A stretch of 64,000 bases of DNA from Octopus vulgaris (GCA_951406725.2 OX597830.1:55490001-55554000); one strand, 5' to 3'; positions 29,350 to 44,430 are shown, counted from the stretch's first letter. Made by a program: numbers and translations. Notes: a model not told the origin generated them from the letters alone.

Positions 29350-29500
29350 GAAAGTTTACGAAAATAAACAAAAGACGAAGGCAGGTGGAGTACAAACAAA
29401 CAAATGCATTAGTATAGCGCTCAGGAATAGAAATAGAAAAGTCTTTTACGTTTCGAGCCTACGCTCTTCGACAGAAAGATACACAGAAAAAACAAGGAGA
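29345..29500 (-). mobile_element. Short pLTR-like element with variant hammerhead motif
   Basis: Motif at 29442-29479 on the minus strand, embedded between (TA)n tracts. Confidence 0.75.
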
Positions 29501-32500
29501 TATATATATATACGCATGCATATATACGTATATATGTATATATTTATACAAACACACACACACACACACACACACATACAAGCATCCTCACAAGCACACA
29601 TGTATAGACGTACGCGTACGCTTAAATACAAACAAGCTATTATAAACAATTATAAATTCAAGCTATTATTGTCTACTTCCGTACTATAAATGTAAAAAAT
29701 CTTGAAGAAGTGCCATGGCCAATCTAAAAATATAAAATGTTGACGAAACGAACACCATTTCTCTTAATATAACCTCATATAAAAACATTATATAAGGCAG
29801 CGAGCTGGCAGAACAGTTAGTGCCCCAGGCGAAATGCTTAGCGGCGCTTTGGCCATCTTTACATTCTGAGTTCAAATTCCGCCGAAACCGACTCTGCCTT
29901 TCAGGATCGATAAAATTAATACCAGTGTTCAACTGGGATCCATATAACCGATTTACACCCTTCCCGAAATTTATGGCCTTTAAATCATTATTACTTAACG
30001 TGTAACATGGTGGAGCAGTGTCAGCGACCAGGTCGTAGTTGAAGTGATGAACATGTTGACACTTAAAATTAAGTGTGTTAGGTTTTTGATCATGCCATCA
30101 TGGGTAAGATAGTACTCTTACGACGGAAATAATTTAAGTACAAATATAAGGATTAACGGAGAATCATGCCTCTCACATTATAGAAACATTTCTCATGGCA
30201 ACCAAAAGAGAAAATGTAAAAGGCGTGCCTCGGAGGATAGCAAGGGAGATGCACTGGTACAGCCACTCCGACTCACAGGGTTTGCACTTGCAGATAAGAA
30301 TCTCCGTCCTGATAACGGTGAACAGGGATATGGTCCGGGGCCAAGAACGCCGGAGGTCTAAACTACCGCAGGCTTGACCTCTATGTGAATTAAACAGATT
30401 TTTGTGTGGTTTTGAATGGCAAATATATGTCTTCCATGCTGTAATTCTATTTTGCTTCAACAGATGGTCTCAGATCAAATCGCTTGCCAGGTAAGTTCAT
30501 CTCAAATACATATTGGTGCCAAATGTTTGGCACAAGGCCAGCAATTCCGTGGGGCTGGAGATAAGTCGATTACATCGACGCTAGTGTTTAACTGGTACTT
30601 ATTTTGTCGATGCCGAAATAATGAAAGTTAAACTCAACCTCGGAATTTGAACTCAGCTTAAAGACGGACGAAATGTCGCAAAAACACTTTACCCAGAGCG
30701 TTCTACCAATTGTGACAGTTCACCGTCTTACATCTCCAGTATACATTATATAACCTAACAATAATTTCTCATTGGTTAAGTATAGCTGAATGGTTAAGAT
30801 GTGCGTTCCTCAACCACGAGGTCCAAATTTCAATCCAACTGCGTGGCATGTTGAGTAAATGTCATTTTTTATAGCTTCGAGTCTGCCCATACCTTGTGAA
30901 TAAAATTGAGCTTATAGGGAACTGAGCAGAAGCTTTTACCCGTAATTTGAATGGTTCCATCATACGAATTCTCCGTGAGAATTACGTTAATGGTAACTTG
31001 CATCTCTGAGGAATATACAGCTATTTGCGTGTTAATCCGCGCTTAGGTTATTCAGTTGATCAAACAACTGAATCCTCATTGTCCAACGACGGAGATCCAC
31101 TATCAACTATTTTCACTTTAAGACACAAGACCAGCAATTGGTAGAAAGTGTATGACGACTACATCTACTTCGATATTCGACTGGTATTTTATTTTATCAA
31201 CGACAGGACGAAAACCGAAGTTGTCTTCGGCCGGATTTGAACATGCAACACGAAGAGCCGGGACAAAAAACGCAAAGCAGTACAAACAATTCTACGATCC
31301 CAACCCTCCTCTCTCTCTTTCTCTTTTTTTTTTATTTTGTTTTTCATTTTACATTTTTCAAACATTACATTGTGACTAATGCTGTGGCACTGCCTTGAAA
31401 TCCCAGTACTTCTGTTTTAAAGTCTGGTACATAGTCTATCGGTCTCTCATAAGCAAGCCAACAGCGATTGTCGACCAATAATGTTGGGTCAAGGACAAGC
31501 GCAATGGCACGTACATGCATGCATACATGCATACATACACATATACATACATACATACATACATACATACATACATACATACATACATACATACAAAAAT
31601 ACCCTGTCGATGTTGTTGAAATTCCAAAGAAGGAACCGTGGACCTTGGTTAGAAACCGGCTAAGTTATGGGGACATAAACACACCAACACTGGTTGTCAA
31701 GCGTTACTAGGGGCGGGGACAAACACGAACACACACACACACACACACACAGGGACTGAACTCGAAACTATATGGCTGGGAAGCAAGCTTCTTACTACAC
31801 AGCCTCGCCTGTGCCTATATTGTTTCAAATTTTGCGGACAAAGTCAGTTATTTGGTGGGAGGGTTCAAATTCCGCCGAGGTCGACCTTGCTTTTGATCCT
31901 TTCGGGGTCGATAAATTAAGCACCAGTTACGCACTGTGGTCGATGTAATCGAATTAATCCCGTTGTCTGTCCTTGTTTGTCCCCTCTGTATTTAGCCCCT
32001 TGTGGGTAATAAAGAAATATATTTGGTGGGAGGGGGATTATTCGATTACATGCAGCCTAGTTCTTGATTGGTATGTTATATTCTCTAATATAGATAGGAT
32101 GAAAGGTAAGTTAACCTTGGCCGGATTTGAACATATAACGCTTCAAAGAACCGGAATAAATTGCGCAGAAGAGCTGTAACGACTCTGCAAACAACCACCC
32201 TCTCACTGTATAACATAATGATAAAATCTCTAGCCCCGGGAGGATGAAAGGTAAAAATTCATCTCTGCTGGATTTGAACACATAACAACCGCAACAAGAT
32301 TCAACGAAGTATTATTGTCCAGTCCATTGTCCCTTCACAGAGTAGATACAACTTTGTAATATAAATATCATTTCTCTTCACTAATGTTGAATAATACCAA
32401 ATGTTCTTTTACATTTCGTTTAAGATGATGCATTTATCGTCTGCTGGAAAATAAACATTGCTTTGGATTTCGCTCCGTTTGCTTTCTTTTTTTTAAATTT

Positions 32501-32827
32501 CTGTCTGTTTTAAACTTTATTTTTAGGGTATGAAATTTTTCTGTTTTGTTGGGTTTCTTTGGTGGATTTTCCTATACGCACACTCACATACATACATACA
32601 TACATACATACATACATACATACAAACATACATACATACATACATACATGCATACAAACAAACACTCACACACTCACACACACACATATAAAGACTACTT
32701 ATATTTGACGACTTTCATACATATTAGCACATTTTAAACATTCTTGCACTTTTGGATTTGGATGAATCAGCAGGAAAATTGAAAGCCTACTTTTTGTTAT
32801 ATGCTCATACATTATGAGGGTGTGTGC

Positions 32828-32882
<55 letters not shown>

Positions 32883-32920
32883 CATATATATGTATATATA
32901 CATATATATATACTTACATA

Positions 32921-32957
<37 letters not shown>

Positions 32958-32959
32958 TA

Positions 32960-33046
<87 letters not shown>

Positions 33047-33145
33047 TTTGGACCTTTGTTGTCTTCTGTATTTGATTTCATTACATATACTTACATACCT
33101 CATTACAACCATACAGACAAACACACAGACAGACGGGCAGCCATG

Positions 33146-33210
<65 letters not shown>

Positions 33211-33738
33211 CTATGAATGCAGGTATGTATGCATGTATACTTCAATAGTGGTTTAGGGATAATGTCTTCCATATTTAAACTGAATAACATTTTTTATTTT
33301 ATATAAAACATAGGAAATTAAAAACACATACGCACAAACACATGTGCGCGCACACACACACATACACACACACACACACACTCTCTCTCACACACACATA
33401 CACTCTCTCTCTCTCTCACACACACGCACACGTGTGTGTGTGTGTTCCGTTTTAAAAAAGGCGTTGCATTTTTCAAATGTTTGACGTAACCTGAGAGTCC
33501 TTATCGCCAACCGTGTTTGCTATTAACTCGTATGTAGTATTGAAGTTCAGTGAAAAAAAAAAAACGGTTCCGCGATACGGAACTCTCAGATACGCAACGT
33601 TGCTGTGACACTGACATTGCTTTCGAATAAATTCGTAAGACACGTACAAACATACGTACGCGCGCACGGACACACACATACATAAAAACACACATACATA
33701 AAAATACACATACACATGTATATATATATATATATATA

Positions 33739-33895
33739 CTTTATTTAAAGCAGCAGAAAATTCAACAAAATCTGTTACTCTGAGTTTCTCGTTGCCGTTC
33801 ATCAGACAGTTTTTCTAGCAAAAACTGTCTGATGAACGGCAACGAGAAACTCAGAGTAACAGATTTTGTTGAATTTTCTGCTGCTTTAAATAAAG
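33739..33895. repeat. Perfect 76-bp-arm palindrome with a hammerhead motif in each arm
   Basis: 33739-33814 is the reverse complement of 33820-33895, with loop ctagc. Plus-strand motif CTGT-CTGATGA-ACGGCAACGA-GAAA-CTCAGAG-TA-ACAG at 33825-33862. Confidence 0.93.
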
Positions 33896-34580
33896 CATAT
33901 TACTCTACCACTGGTATTTGAGTACTTTTTTTTCCACCTTGTTTCACATTTATGTGTTTACTCGGTATATATATATATATATATATATGTAACCTAGCGG
34001 TTCGGCAAAAAGACCGATAGAATAAGTACTAGGCTTACAAAGAATAAGTCACGGGGTCGATTTGCTCGACTAAAGGCGGTGCTCCAGCATGGCCGCAGTC
34101 AAATGACTGAAACAAGCAAAAGAGTGAAAGAGAGTAAAAGAGAGTATACAAAAGGGCTTTGTATATATAAATGTTTTGTTTTTTTTTACATATCCTATAT
34201 ATGGAGAAATATGACGAGACGACCAATTATCAACAATTACCTGCAGTTTAAAGATTATATATCAAACACTGCTGCCGTCGTCATATGAGCCTATCAGGAA
34301 AATATAATTAAAAACAAAAAAAAAAACATTCGTAAGGCTACAGTGTAATGCAAGGGAGATAACTTCGGTCTAGCTTGTCAGTTTCCAATGACAATTTAAA
34401 AGTGGAGTTGAATGCAGGATACATCCCACACATCGCCGCCACAGATAAAAACCACCAACACCACCACCACAACCACTGTGGCTTTTGTTTATCTCCATAA
34501 TTAGCATCAAATGATAAATAAAATTCCCCCCGCCCTACCCCTCTCTTATCCGGTTTTGAGTAACGTGGAAACATCTAACC

Positions 34581-34724
34581 CAGTCGTGGGCCAACTGCGG
34601 CCCGCGGGATTTTCTGAATGCTATGCCTAGCGAAAAACTACGTTGAAATTCTTAGTAGTGCAGACTGCCTGATGATGAATCATATCTCATGCGGCCCGCT
34701 TTTCGAAAAACGTTGCCCGTGCCT
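34581..34724. mobile_element. hAT(Charlie)-like MITE
   Basis: CAGtcgtgggccaactgcggcccgcggg ... tgcggcccgc...gttgcccgtgcCTG: CAG/CTG termini with subterminal GCGGCCC motifs. Confidence 0.6.
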
Positions 34725-35497
34725 GATCTTCGCAGATTGTCAATGCCAGAAATAACACTCATATATTTATATTAAATGGAAATTGATACAGAGTGATTTG
34801 GGGGTGATTAGCTGTTATGTGTGTAACATAGCGGTCCGTCAAAAGAGACAGGTCGAGTAAAGAGTATCCAGACTACCTCGCTGGTTCTTACCTGGACTTG
34901 AACGTGACAACGCCGATTTACAAATCATACGTCACTTTTGTAGTGTAATCCTTGCTCTACATTCAAGGGGTGTGATTAATATTCTTTCCGATTTTGGTAC
35001 AAGGTCGACAATTTGACCCTGGTGCTGAACTAGTGCTTGTTTTATCGATCCGGAAAGGATGAAAGGCAAAGTCAGAATTTGAACTAAGAACGTAATAGAG
35101 ATGGATGAAACACCCCCCAAGTATTTTGTCCGACGAGCCAACAATTCTGCCAGTTCGCTACCTTGAGATTTTGGCGAGAGGGAGCCAATCGATCACATTG
35201 ATTCCAGCACTCTGGTGTTTCTTATTTTCTAGACTTCGAAGACTAAAGGCAAAGGCACACTAGGCGAAACCTGAACTCAAGACGTAAAGTTGCTAAGCAC
35301 TTAGAAGAAATGCCGCCAAGCATTTTGAAGAAATGCCGCTAAACATTTTGCGAAATGTATGTATGTATGTATGAATGTATGTATGTATGTATGTATGTGT
35401 ATGTGTATGTGTATGCATATAAGAGTGTATGCATGTATGTGCACGTATGTATTTATGTACGTATGTATATATGTATATATATATGTGTGTACATATA

Positions 35498-35697
35498 CTC
35501 TTTTACTCTTTTACTTGTTTCAGTCATTTGACTGTGGCTATGCTGGAGCACCGCCTTTAGTCAATAAATCGACCCTAGGACTTTGTAAGCCTAGTACTTA
35601 TTCTATCGGTCATTTTTGACGAACCGCTAAGTTATCGGGGACGTAAACACACCCGTATCGGTTGTCAAGCGATGCTGGGAGGACAAACTCAGACACA

Positions 35698-35792
<95 letters not shown>

Positions 35793-35970
35793 CCATACAT
35801 ATATACGAGGGGCTTCTTTCAGTTTCCGTCTACCAAATCCACTCACAAGGCTTTGGTCGGCCCGGGGCTATAGTAGGAGACACTTTCCCAAGGTCCCACA
35901 CAGTGGGAATGAACCCGGAACCATGTGGTTGATAAGCGAGCTACTTACCACACAGCCATTCCTACGCCTA
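35498..35970 (-). mobile_element. tRNA/CORE-like SINE (family B) with internal (CA)n/(TA)n
   Basis: Head aggcgtaggaatggctgtgtggtaag...ggttcattccc, CORE-like ccttgggaaagtgtct, tail cagtcaaatgactgaaacaagtaaaagag. Further copies at about 21945, 28265, 33990, 39335, 54190, 56360 and 61550. Confidence 0.8.
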
Positions 35971-36496
35971 TATGCACGTATGTAAGTATATATGTCAGTA
36001 TGCATTCATATATGTGTGTGTTGTGTAGGTAATGAGTAACATCGAATCCCCTCTGTTTACGATACAAAAAGATATTTTAGGTAAATGTAGCCATTCGATA
36101 AACAGAGAACGATGAATTCCGCTCCATTGAACCAACTGGAGTAAATTTATTTGATGAGTGGGAATGTCAAATTTATTTCCAGCCTCCGCACCTTGTCCAA
36201 CACAGAACAAAGGTCAACTAAGAGAGTGGGGGTTGATAAATAGACATGTTGATGAGATCGATTTAGAATTTTCCTATATTCCTCATCGTACAGACGCGCA
36301 CACACACACATACACAATTATGGAAGTAATTACATATAAATATTTTGCTTGGGTATTGCAAAGCTAAATACCCTAATGTTAGAACTCAATATACATGTTG
36401 TTCCAGAATGAAGGATCATTCGAGTATAGAACGGTAATAAGACATTCAGATAACAAAAGAATAAGGTGCATCTTATAGCATAACAGTAGTAAGCTA

Positions 36497-36805
36497 ATTG
36501 TTTGTTCCTTCTCGAGCCATGCCTGGCTCATTGGGGTCGGTTTCCAGGTTTCCTTGACGTATAGGATTCCCCACCTGGACGGGACACCGGTCCGTCGCAG
36601 GTGAGCTGCATGATGCAGGAGGAAAGAGTGGGAGAACGTTGTGGCGAAAGATTCAGCAGAAGTTTCGCCATTACCTTCTGCTGGAACCGCGTTGAGCTTA
36701 GGTTTTTCGCTCATAAACACACACACATCGCCCAGTCTGAGGTTCGAACCCGCGATTCCTCGACCGCGAGTCCGCTGCTCTAACGACTAGGCCATGTGCC
36801 TCCAC
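36497..36805 (-). mobile_element. tRNA-derived SINE (family C)
   Basis: Head ggaggcacatggcctagtcgttagagc...gggttcgaacc with A and B boxes. The tail contains ctgcgacggaccggtgtcccgtccagg. Confidence 0.75.
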
Positions 36806-36862
36806 TGTGAGATAATGAAGTTCATTAAATAATTGTTTATACCTTTATCATCCCAATTTCTA

Positions 36863-36924
<62 letters not shown>

Positions 36925-36928
<4 letters not shown>

Positions 36929-37182
36929 TTCCTATTATGTCAAACTGTTGCAAGTCCAAATTTGGTCAAATGGGTTTTTTTTTTTTTGGTCAATATAATT
37001 TTTGCTTTCAAAAGCCAGTTCTTTTGGTCAAACTATCGTATCTTCAGCTGCTTCAGCTGCCAAGATATCAAAAATTGCCAAAATGTAGTACAATGGTCTT
37101 GCTCTGGAATGGTGAAAAAATTTTTTTCCTTTTCTGAAAAAGCAACATTTTGGACTTACGACACTTTCGCATAATAGCAACG
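36925..37182. mobile_element. MITE with ATCGTT(C/G)CTATTATG termini inserted in a microsatellite
   Basis: Left atcgttcctattatg, right cataatagcaacgat. A second left end starts at about 37735. Confidence 0.55.
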
Positions 37183-38094
37183 ATACATACATACATACAT
37201 CCATACATACATCCATACATACATCCAAACATACATACATACATACATACATACATACATACATACATACATACATACATACATACATACATACATACAT
37301 ACATACATCCAAACATACATACATACATACATGCATGCATACATACATACATACATACACACACACATACATACATATATACATGCATGCATACATACAT
37401 ACATACATACATACATACATACACACACATACATACATACATACATACATACATACATACATACATACATACATACATGCATACATACATACATACATAC
37501 ATACATACACACACACATACATACATACATACATATACATACCTACATACATACATATACATACATACATACATACAAATACATACACACACACACATAC
37601 ATACATACATACATACATACATACATACATACATACATACATACATACATACATACATACATACATACATACATACGTACGTACGTACGTATGTATGTAT
37701 GTATGTATGTATGTATGTATGTATGTATTTATGTATCGTTGCTATTATGCGAAAGTGTCGTATTATGCGAAAGATACTTCGAAATCACTGACAATACTCT
37801 TCTTGTTTAAGAATAGTAAATTTATAGTCTACAGAAATATGGAGTAATCCTTCTGAATAATGTAGAATTGTTTTTTTTTATTATAACTGAACATAGAAGC
37901 AAACATAAATGTGTGTGCGCGCGCGCGTGTGTATGCGCATGCGCGTTTGTATATCCGCGTGCGTTCGTGTGTGTATGTATGGGCATAGCTATATAGATCG
38001 ATATAGATACATCGGTTTATTGAACCAAAGAAATACATATATGTGTATGAAGTTTATTAAAGCAGTGAGTCCAACCAAAGCATTTTGTTTCGTC

Positions 38095-38125
<31 letters not shown>

Positions 38126-38164
38126 CATGCGTGTGTGCATACGAGTGTGTGTATGTGTGTGTGC

Positions 38165-38213
<49 letters not shown>

Positions 38214-40154
38214 GGTGTATTTATGTATATATGCATGTATTATATATACATTATATACATATATATACACATGCATGGCTCCTGTTCATGTGTGTGTATA
38301 CAGAGTGAAAGACAGTGAATTGAGAATCGATTTTATAGTAACTCATATATAGTCTGATTGATCTTTCGTTGTTTGTATATTTATTTTCCCAATGTTCTGC
38401 GAGTTTTGTTGAACTACAGTTAGGGATAAGAGCTGTGCTATATTAAATACATCATATTACAGTTAGAGAGAAACATTGACAGAGAAAGAGTCGAGGGGCC
38501 GAAATAGATGAAGGGACACGGAAATAAGAAGGAAAAAAAAAACGAAGTAGAATACACACAAAAAAAAATAATGTTTTCCACATAGAAACAAAAGAAAAGT
38601 ATTGAAACAATAAAATAGGGTGTTAAAGTCTGTTTTTCAGTGAAAATAATGAAATGAAACAGCTTTGGTGGTCTGCGTTGCTGGTTTGTTAGTTGTCATT
38701 CGTCAATGAACGTAATGTAATATAAAGTGGACAATGAACAGGAAATGAAGGCGTAAATACAGAAGTTTCGACGACCAGCGTTTGTGATTGGTCAACTGTG
38801 ACAGAATGGCGTTGATATGAACAAGAGGCATGCATGCACTCATGCACAGCACTGCACCTGCGTATATAATGTATATAAGACATATCCAATCGTTTATCAT
38901 TGTCCACAAAGACCAGATAAATGAATTTTCGCATAGACAAAAACTATATAAGTACATATACGTGAGTATAAATACACACACACACACATACATACACATA
39001 CACATACATACATACACACACACATACACACACACACACACACACATACGTATATATGTCATTATTTTTTATACACACACACACACGCATAATAGTATAT
39101 TAGTTTCAAATTTTGGCACAAGGCCATCTATTTCAGTGATGGGGTAAGTTGAGTACACCGGCCCCAGTGCTCAACTGCCACATATTTTATTGACTCCAGA
39201 AAGATGAAAGGCTAAGTCGACCTCGGCAGGATTTGAACTCAGAGCAAAAGGTGACGGACGAAATGCCGCTAAGCATTTTGTCCGGCGTGCTAACGGTTCT
39301 GCCAGTTTGCTGCTTTAATATCTCTCATCTTCTTATACTTGTTTCAGTCATTTGACTGTGGCTATGCTGGGGCACCGCCTTAAAAGGTTTTAGTCGAACA
39401 AATTGACCACAAGACTTCTTACGCCTAGTACTTATTCTATCGGTCTCTTTTGCCAAACCGCTTGGTTACGTGGACATAAACGTACCAACACCGGTTGTCA
39501 AGCAGTGGTGGTGGCACAAAGACAAACACAAAGATACACACACACACATATATACACGCAGACACACACACACTCACACACACACACACACGTTTGCCAA
39601 ATCCACTCACTTTGGTCAGCCGAAGGCTATTGTAGAAGACACTTGCCCAAGGTGCCAGGCTGTGGGTCTGAACCTGGAACCGTGTGACTGGAAAGCAAGC
39701 TTAGTATCACACAGGCACGATAGTATATTCTTTTCTACTGAAGGCACAAGGCCCAAAATTTGTGGGGAAGAGGCCAGTTGATTAGATTGACTCCAGTACG
39801 CAACGGGTACTTAATTCATCGACCCCGAAAGGATGAAAGGCAAAGTCGAACTCGGAGGCACGATTGTATATTGTCAATGTTTTAGTGCTCTCACGATCGA
39901 CAGAACGAAATGCCAGAGTTATGATACGAACACCAGATTAACGGTGATGGCTTTCCTTCTCACTACAGTTTTATATGTCCAATAGGTAAAGTATTATTTT
40001 AAACACCCTATGAACAAATAAGGGTGTCTGTATTTAATTATAGAAGTTAACAGATCGGCTGTCTGCAAAAGACACATAAAAATCATGATGTCTCAATATG
40101 GTAAAAATCACACACACATACACATAGAGACACACACAGACACAAACGCACACA

Positions 40155-40271
<117 letters not shown>

Positions 40272-40439
40272 GGTAATGTAATGATCCAGACAATATATTA
40301 AAATTAGCCCTGCCCTCAACTGTGGAAACTAATACCTCCCCTGTATCGGCAGACGACACCACGATGACGGATGACTCAGTAAGACGATGTATCAGCAGTC
40401 ATACATTTCTTCATATAAACATATATAGACACACGTATA

Positions 40440-40498
<59 letters not shown>

Positions 40499-40708
40499 AT
40501 GACGATCCAAACAAAAACTTTCTCCGTGTAACATTAGGGACGACACATCTGGTTCTAATTCCTGGGAGAAGATGGCCATTAGAGGAGTTTTCCCCTCCTA
40601 TGTTTGTATGCGTCCGATTATGTGTGTATGTGTGTGTGTGTGTGAGTGTGTGTGTGTGTGTGCTTGTGTGTGTGCGTGTGTGTGTGTGCATGTGTGCTTG
40701 TGTGTGTG

Positions 40709-40749
<41 letters not shown>

Positions 40750-41542
40750 GCATGTGTGCTTGTGTGTGTGTGTATGTGTGTGTGTTTGTGAGTGTGTGTG
40801 TGTGTGTGCGCGCTTGTGCGAATGGGCTCACTCACGATGTTTGCTTTTGGTTTTGTAGTTAATGGCTATATATGTATAGGTTAAAAATACTTAGCATTTG
40901 AGAAGAAGAAATCCTCAAGAGATTTTAACCATCCGTCTTACATTGTGCTCTCAATAAAAAAATAAAAATTCTACTTAAGCACTCTTTTTTTTTTTTTTTG
41001 GTGTTGTATGTACACCTTTTTCTCCGTTTGTCATTTCACTCTCAATGCCGTCTTCCGAAGTGGATTTTGGTAAAACGGTGCCAAACGACTGGACAAGCAA
41101 TTAATTCAAGTGAGCCACTTATGCGTTTCAGGAAAATTTGGATATGTATAAATAACAGTCTCTATATACGAGGGAATAAATACCCAGAGGGATATGTTCC
41201 TAGAATAATTTGAAAATTTATACGATTTCAATAATTTGCAACTAATTTAATAAAACTAATGTGGTGATCACTAAGTTTAGCACAACAGTTTTACTTTTAT
41301 CATTTAGAATTTAGTATCATATTGTTTGGTGGACGGCGATAATCATTCTATTGTTATTTGGAATTTTGCCTGCGGATAACTTGTTTGCTGTAGATTTGTA
41401 ATATTTTGAGCTATTCGCCATTTTGCTGTTCTCGTTGTTGCCGTTGCTATCGTTGTGGCTGTTGCTATACACACATAGACATTTATATAGACGCATGCAC
41501 ATTCATATATATCCATATACATGTGTGTGTGTATGTGTCGAT

Positions 41543-41600
<58 letters not shown>

Positions 41601-41617
41601 GTACATACATGTTTACG

Positions 41618-41653
<36 letters not shown>

Positions 41654-41811
41654 TTATTTGCGGGAATAAAATCCAAACTGACAAGGAAAAAAATTTTATT
41701 TAGAAATACTAAATATTGTGTATGTCTCTATGTGTATGTATGTGTGATTTTTCTATTATATGTAATTTAATTGCTCATTTTGAATTGATAAAAGGTGTTT
41801 TTTTTTCTAAT

Positions 41812-41866
<55 letters not shown>

Positions 41867-42195
41867 GACATACAAACACATATACATACAAGCATACATA
41901 AATATTTTCTAACAGATATACCGTTTTACAATTAATACAATCAAATTGCTTTGTAAAATGAAGTTGAAATAACTGTAATGTGATATATTTCTGAAAAGTA
42001 TTGCAATAACACTACCTATTTAGGCATTGACTGCTATCTTGAAAGAAGTCTCTTTCATTTTATTCTCATCAACATATCTATATAACCATATACATGTATG
42101 TACATGTATATGGTTATATAGATAGATAGATAATACATAAATAAACATATAAATATATATACACACACACATACAAATATATGCACATATACATA

Positions 42196-42251
<56 letters not shown>

Positions 42252-42404
42252 TCCCCCTCATCTCCCCTCTCTACACTACACCATACGACATTACACATCA
42301 CATCATCCATACATACATACATTCTCTCATACACACACGCACCCTTATGTTGGGGCAAAGTCATTTGACCCTGTTATCTCCCCTATTTTTGCTCTTGCGT
42401 CTCA

Positions 42405-42640
42405 CGTTTGATCTCTGACTTCTGGCCAGAATCGCCAGGTTGAATCGCTAGCTTCTGCACGCATTTTTTTTCTCTCCTTGTTTCTCTCCGTGTTTCTTTT
42501 CTGTGTATCTTTCTGTTGAAGAGCGTTGGCTCGAAACGTAAAAGACTTGTTTTATTTATATTCCTGAGGGCCATACTAATACAATTGTTTGTTTGTACTC
42601 CACCTGCCTTCGTCTTTTGTTTATTTTCATAAAGCTTCTC
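42405..42640 (+). mobile_element. Short pLTR-like element with variant hammerhead motif
   Basis: TCTTT-CTGTTGA-A-GAGC-GTTG-GCTC-GAAA-CG-TA-AAAGA at 42508-42545. Confidence 0.75.
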
Positions 42641-42645
42641 GTTAT

Positions 42646-42710
<65 letters not shown>

Positions 42711-42740
42711 CACACACACACACATGTATATATGTAAATA

Positions 42741-43748
42741 TCTACTACATATGTGGAAATCGGTGTGTGTTTGTTCGTGGCGTTGTTATCTAACGCCTCC
42801 AGAAAGAAGTATAAAGCAAGGATGATTGTTGAAAACCGAAGGCAAGAGTGTGAAGAGAGATGAGATTTTCTCAAGATCAGCAAATGCATGTTGCAGCACT
42901 TAATGCTGGATCATTAAATCAATGTTCTAATGATTAGACAGAAGTCCAGTAAAATAGCTCTCAGAAACAGACTATGTACAAATTTGTTCTTCTTCACAAC
43001 TCCTGAAGCTGTTTTCAGATATGATCCATCCCATTCTTATAAAAATGATAACTCTGTCCAAATTGGTGTGCTAAACACAAATTGTCATTTCTGTAGAGCT
43101 TTAAAAATTTCAAATGAAACAAATGCTATGTGCTGCTCAGGCAGTCAGGTAACATTGCCAGCACTACGAGTCCATTCTCAACTTCTTATGGATCTTCTAG
43201 AAGGCGCTTCCATCCAATCAAAGGATTTTCTGAACAATATCAGACAATACAACTCTGCATTTCAAATGATATCGTTTGGTGCATCTAAAAAGATAGATAA
43301 ACATGAATTTACGCCGACGTCAAAGTTCAAGGGCAAGTCTATCACTTCATTGGTTCCCTGTTATCCACAAATAAACAGCCACAGTTCTTCCAAATTTACT
43401 TTATGAGTGATGTAGGACAACAAACCCGAAGGATGTGTTAAAATTTCAGATGATGGGTCGTGTTAGACACAGCGCTGACTGCTGCAAAAGAGAGTATATC
43501 CACTGACAGCTTTTTGGTGCGTTGAAAAATCACATAACCCCCATCTCCAATTTCCCATGACAGGTTAGGTCCTGAAATACTCCAAACGGACGCATAACAT
43601 GTTGCTTAGTCGAATTAGCCCATCATTTACTCCACAAATGTTTTGTTGTCAATGCTGCACTTTCCCATATCACCTGTTTCAACATAACTGTAATATATAC
43701 ACAAACTATGCCGTTTTAATCCTGAGCAACGCCGGGTATCTCTACTAG
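42741..43748 (+). mobile_element. Internally deleted Helitron
   Basis: 5' TC after A. ORF fragment CHFCRALK...MCCSG.QVTLP...FLNNIRQYNSAFQMISFGA resembles the Helitron RepHel N-terminal region. 3' hairpin cctgagcaacgccggg followed by CTAG. Confidence 0.88.
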
Positions 43749-43760
43749 CATACATATGTT

Positions 43761-43816
<56 letters not shown>

Positions 43817-44214
43817 CGTGCGTCTGTTGAGCTGTAAAGCGATAGTTCTGAAGTGACTGACAAGTAACTTCCCCCCACACCTTCCCTTCGGTACAGACCA
43901 AATGTGCCGCAGACATTTTTCTAGTTACTTTGGACAACAACACAATTGTTCTGGTAAACTGGAGGATAGGAGGGAGGGGGAGGGGGATTCAGCCATACAT
44001 TTAAGAAATTACGACACATACATACATACATACATACATACATACATACATACATACATACATACATACATGCATATATGTATGTATACATACGTAAATA
44101 CATACATACATACATATATGCATGCATATATACATACTCAGACGTACTTATACAAAATATACATACATTGAAACACAAAATACACACACACGTGCTCTCA
44201 ATATACATACATAT

Positions 44215-44247
<33 letters not shown>

Positions 44248-44370
44248 AATAGATATATATATATATACATATATACATACATAGATGGATACACACACAC
44301 TCACACATACACACTCACACAAGTGTATATGTATGTATATTTCTCTCTATATATAAATATACATATATAA

Positions 44371-44430
<60 letters not shown>

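Noticed and set aside
40376-40597. Possible in-phase alternative exon GGKTPLMAIFSQELEPDVSS...
   Set aside because: The acceptor lacks a pyrimidine tract (catacaaacatag) and the frame runs into (GT)n.
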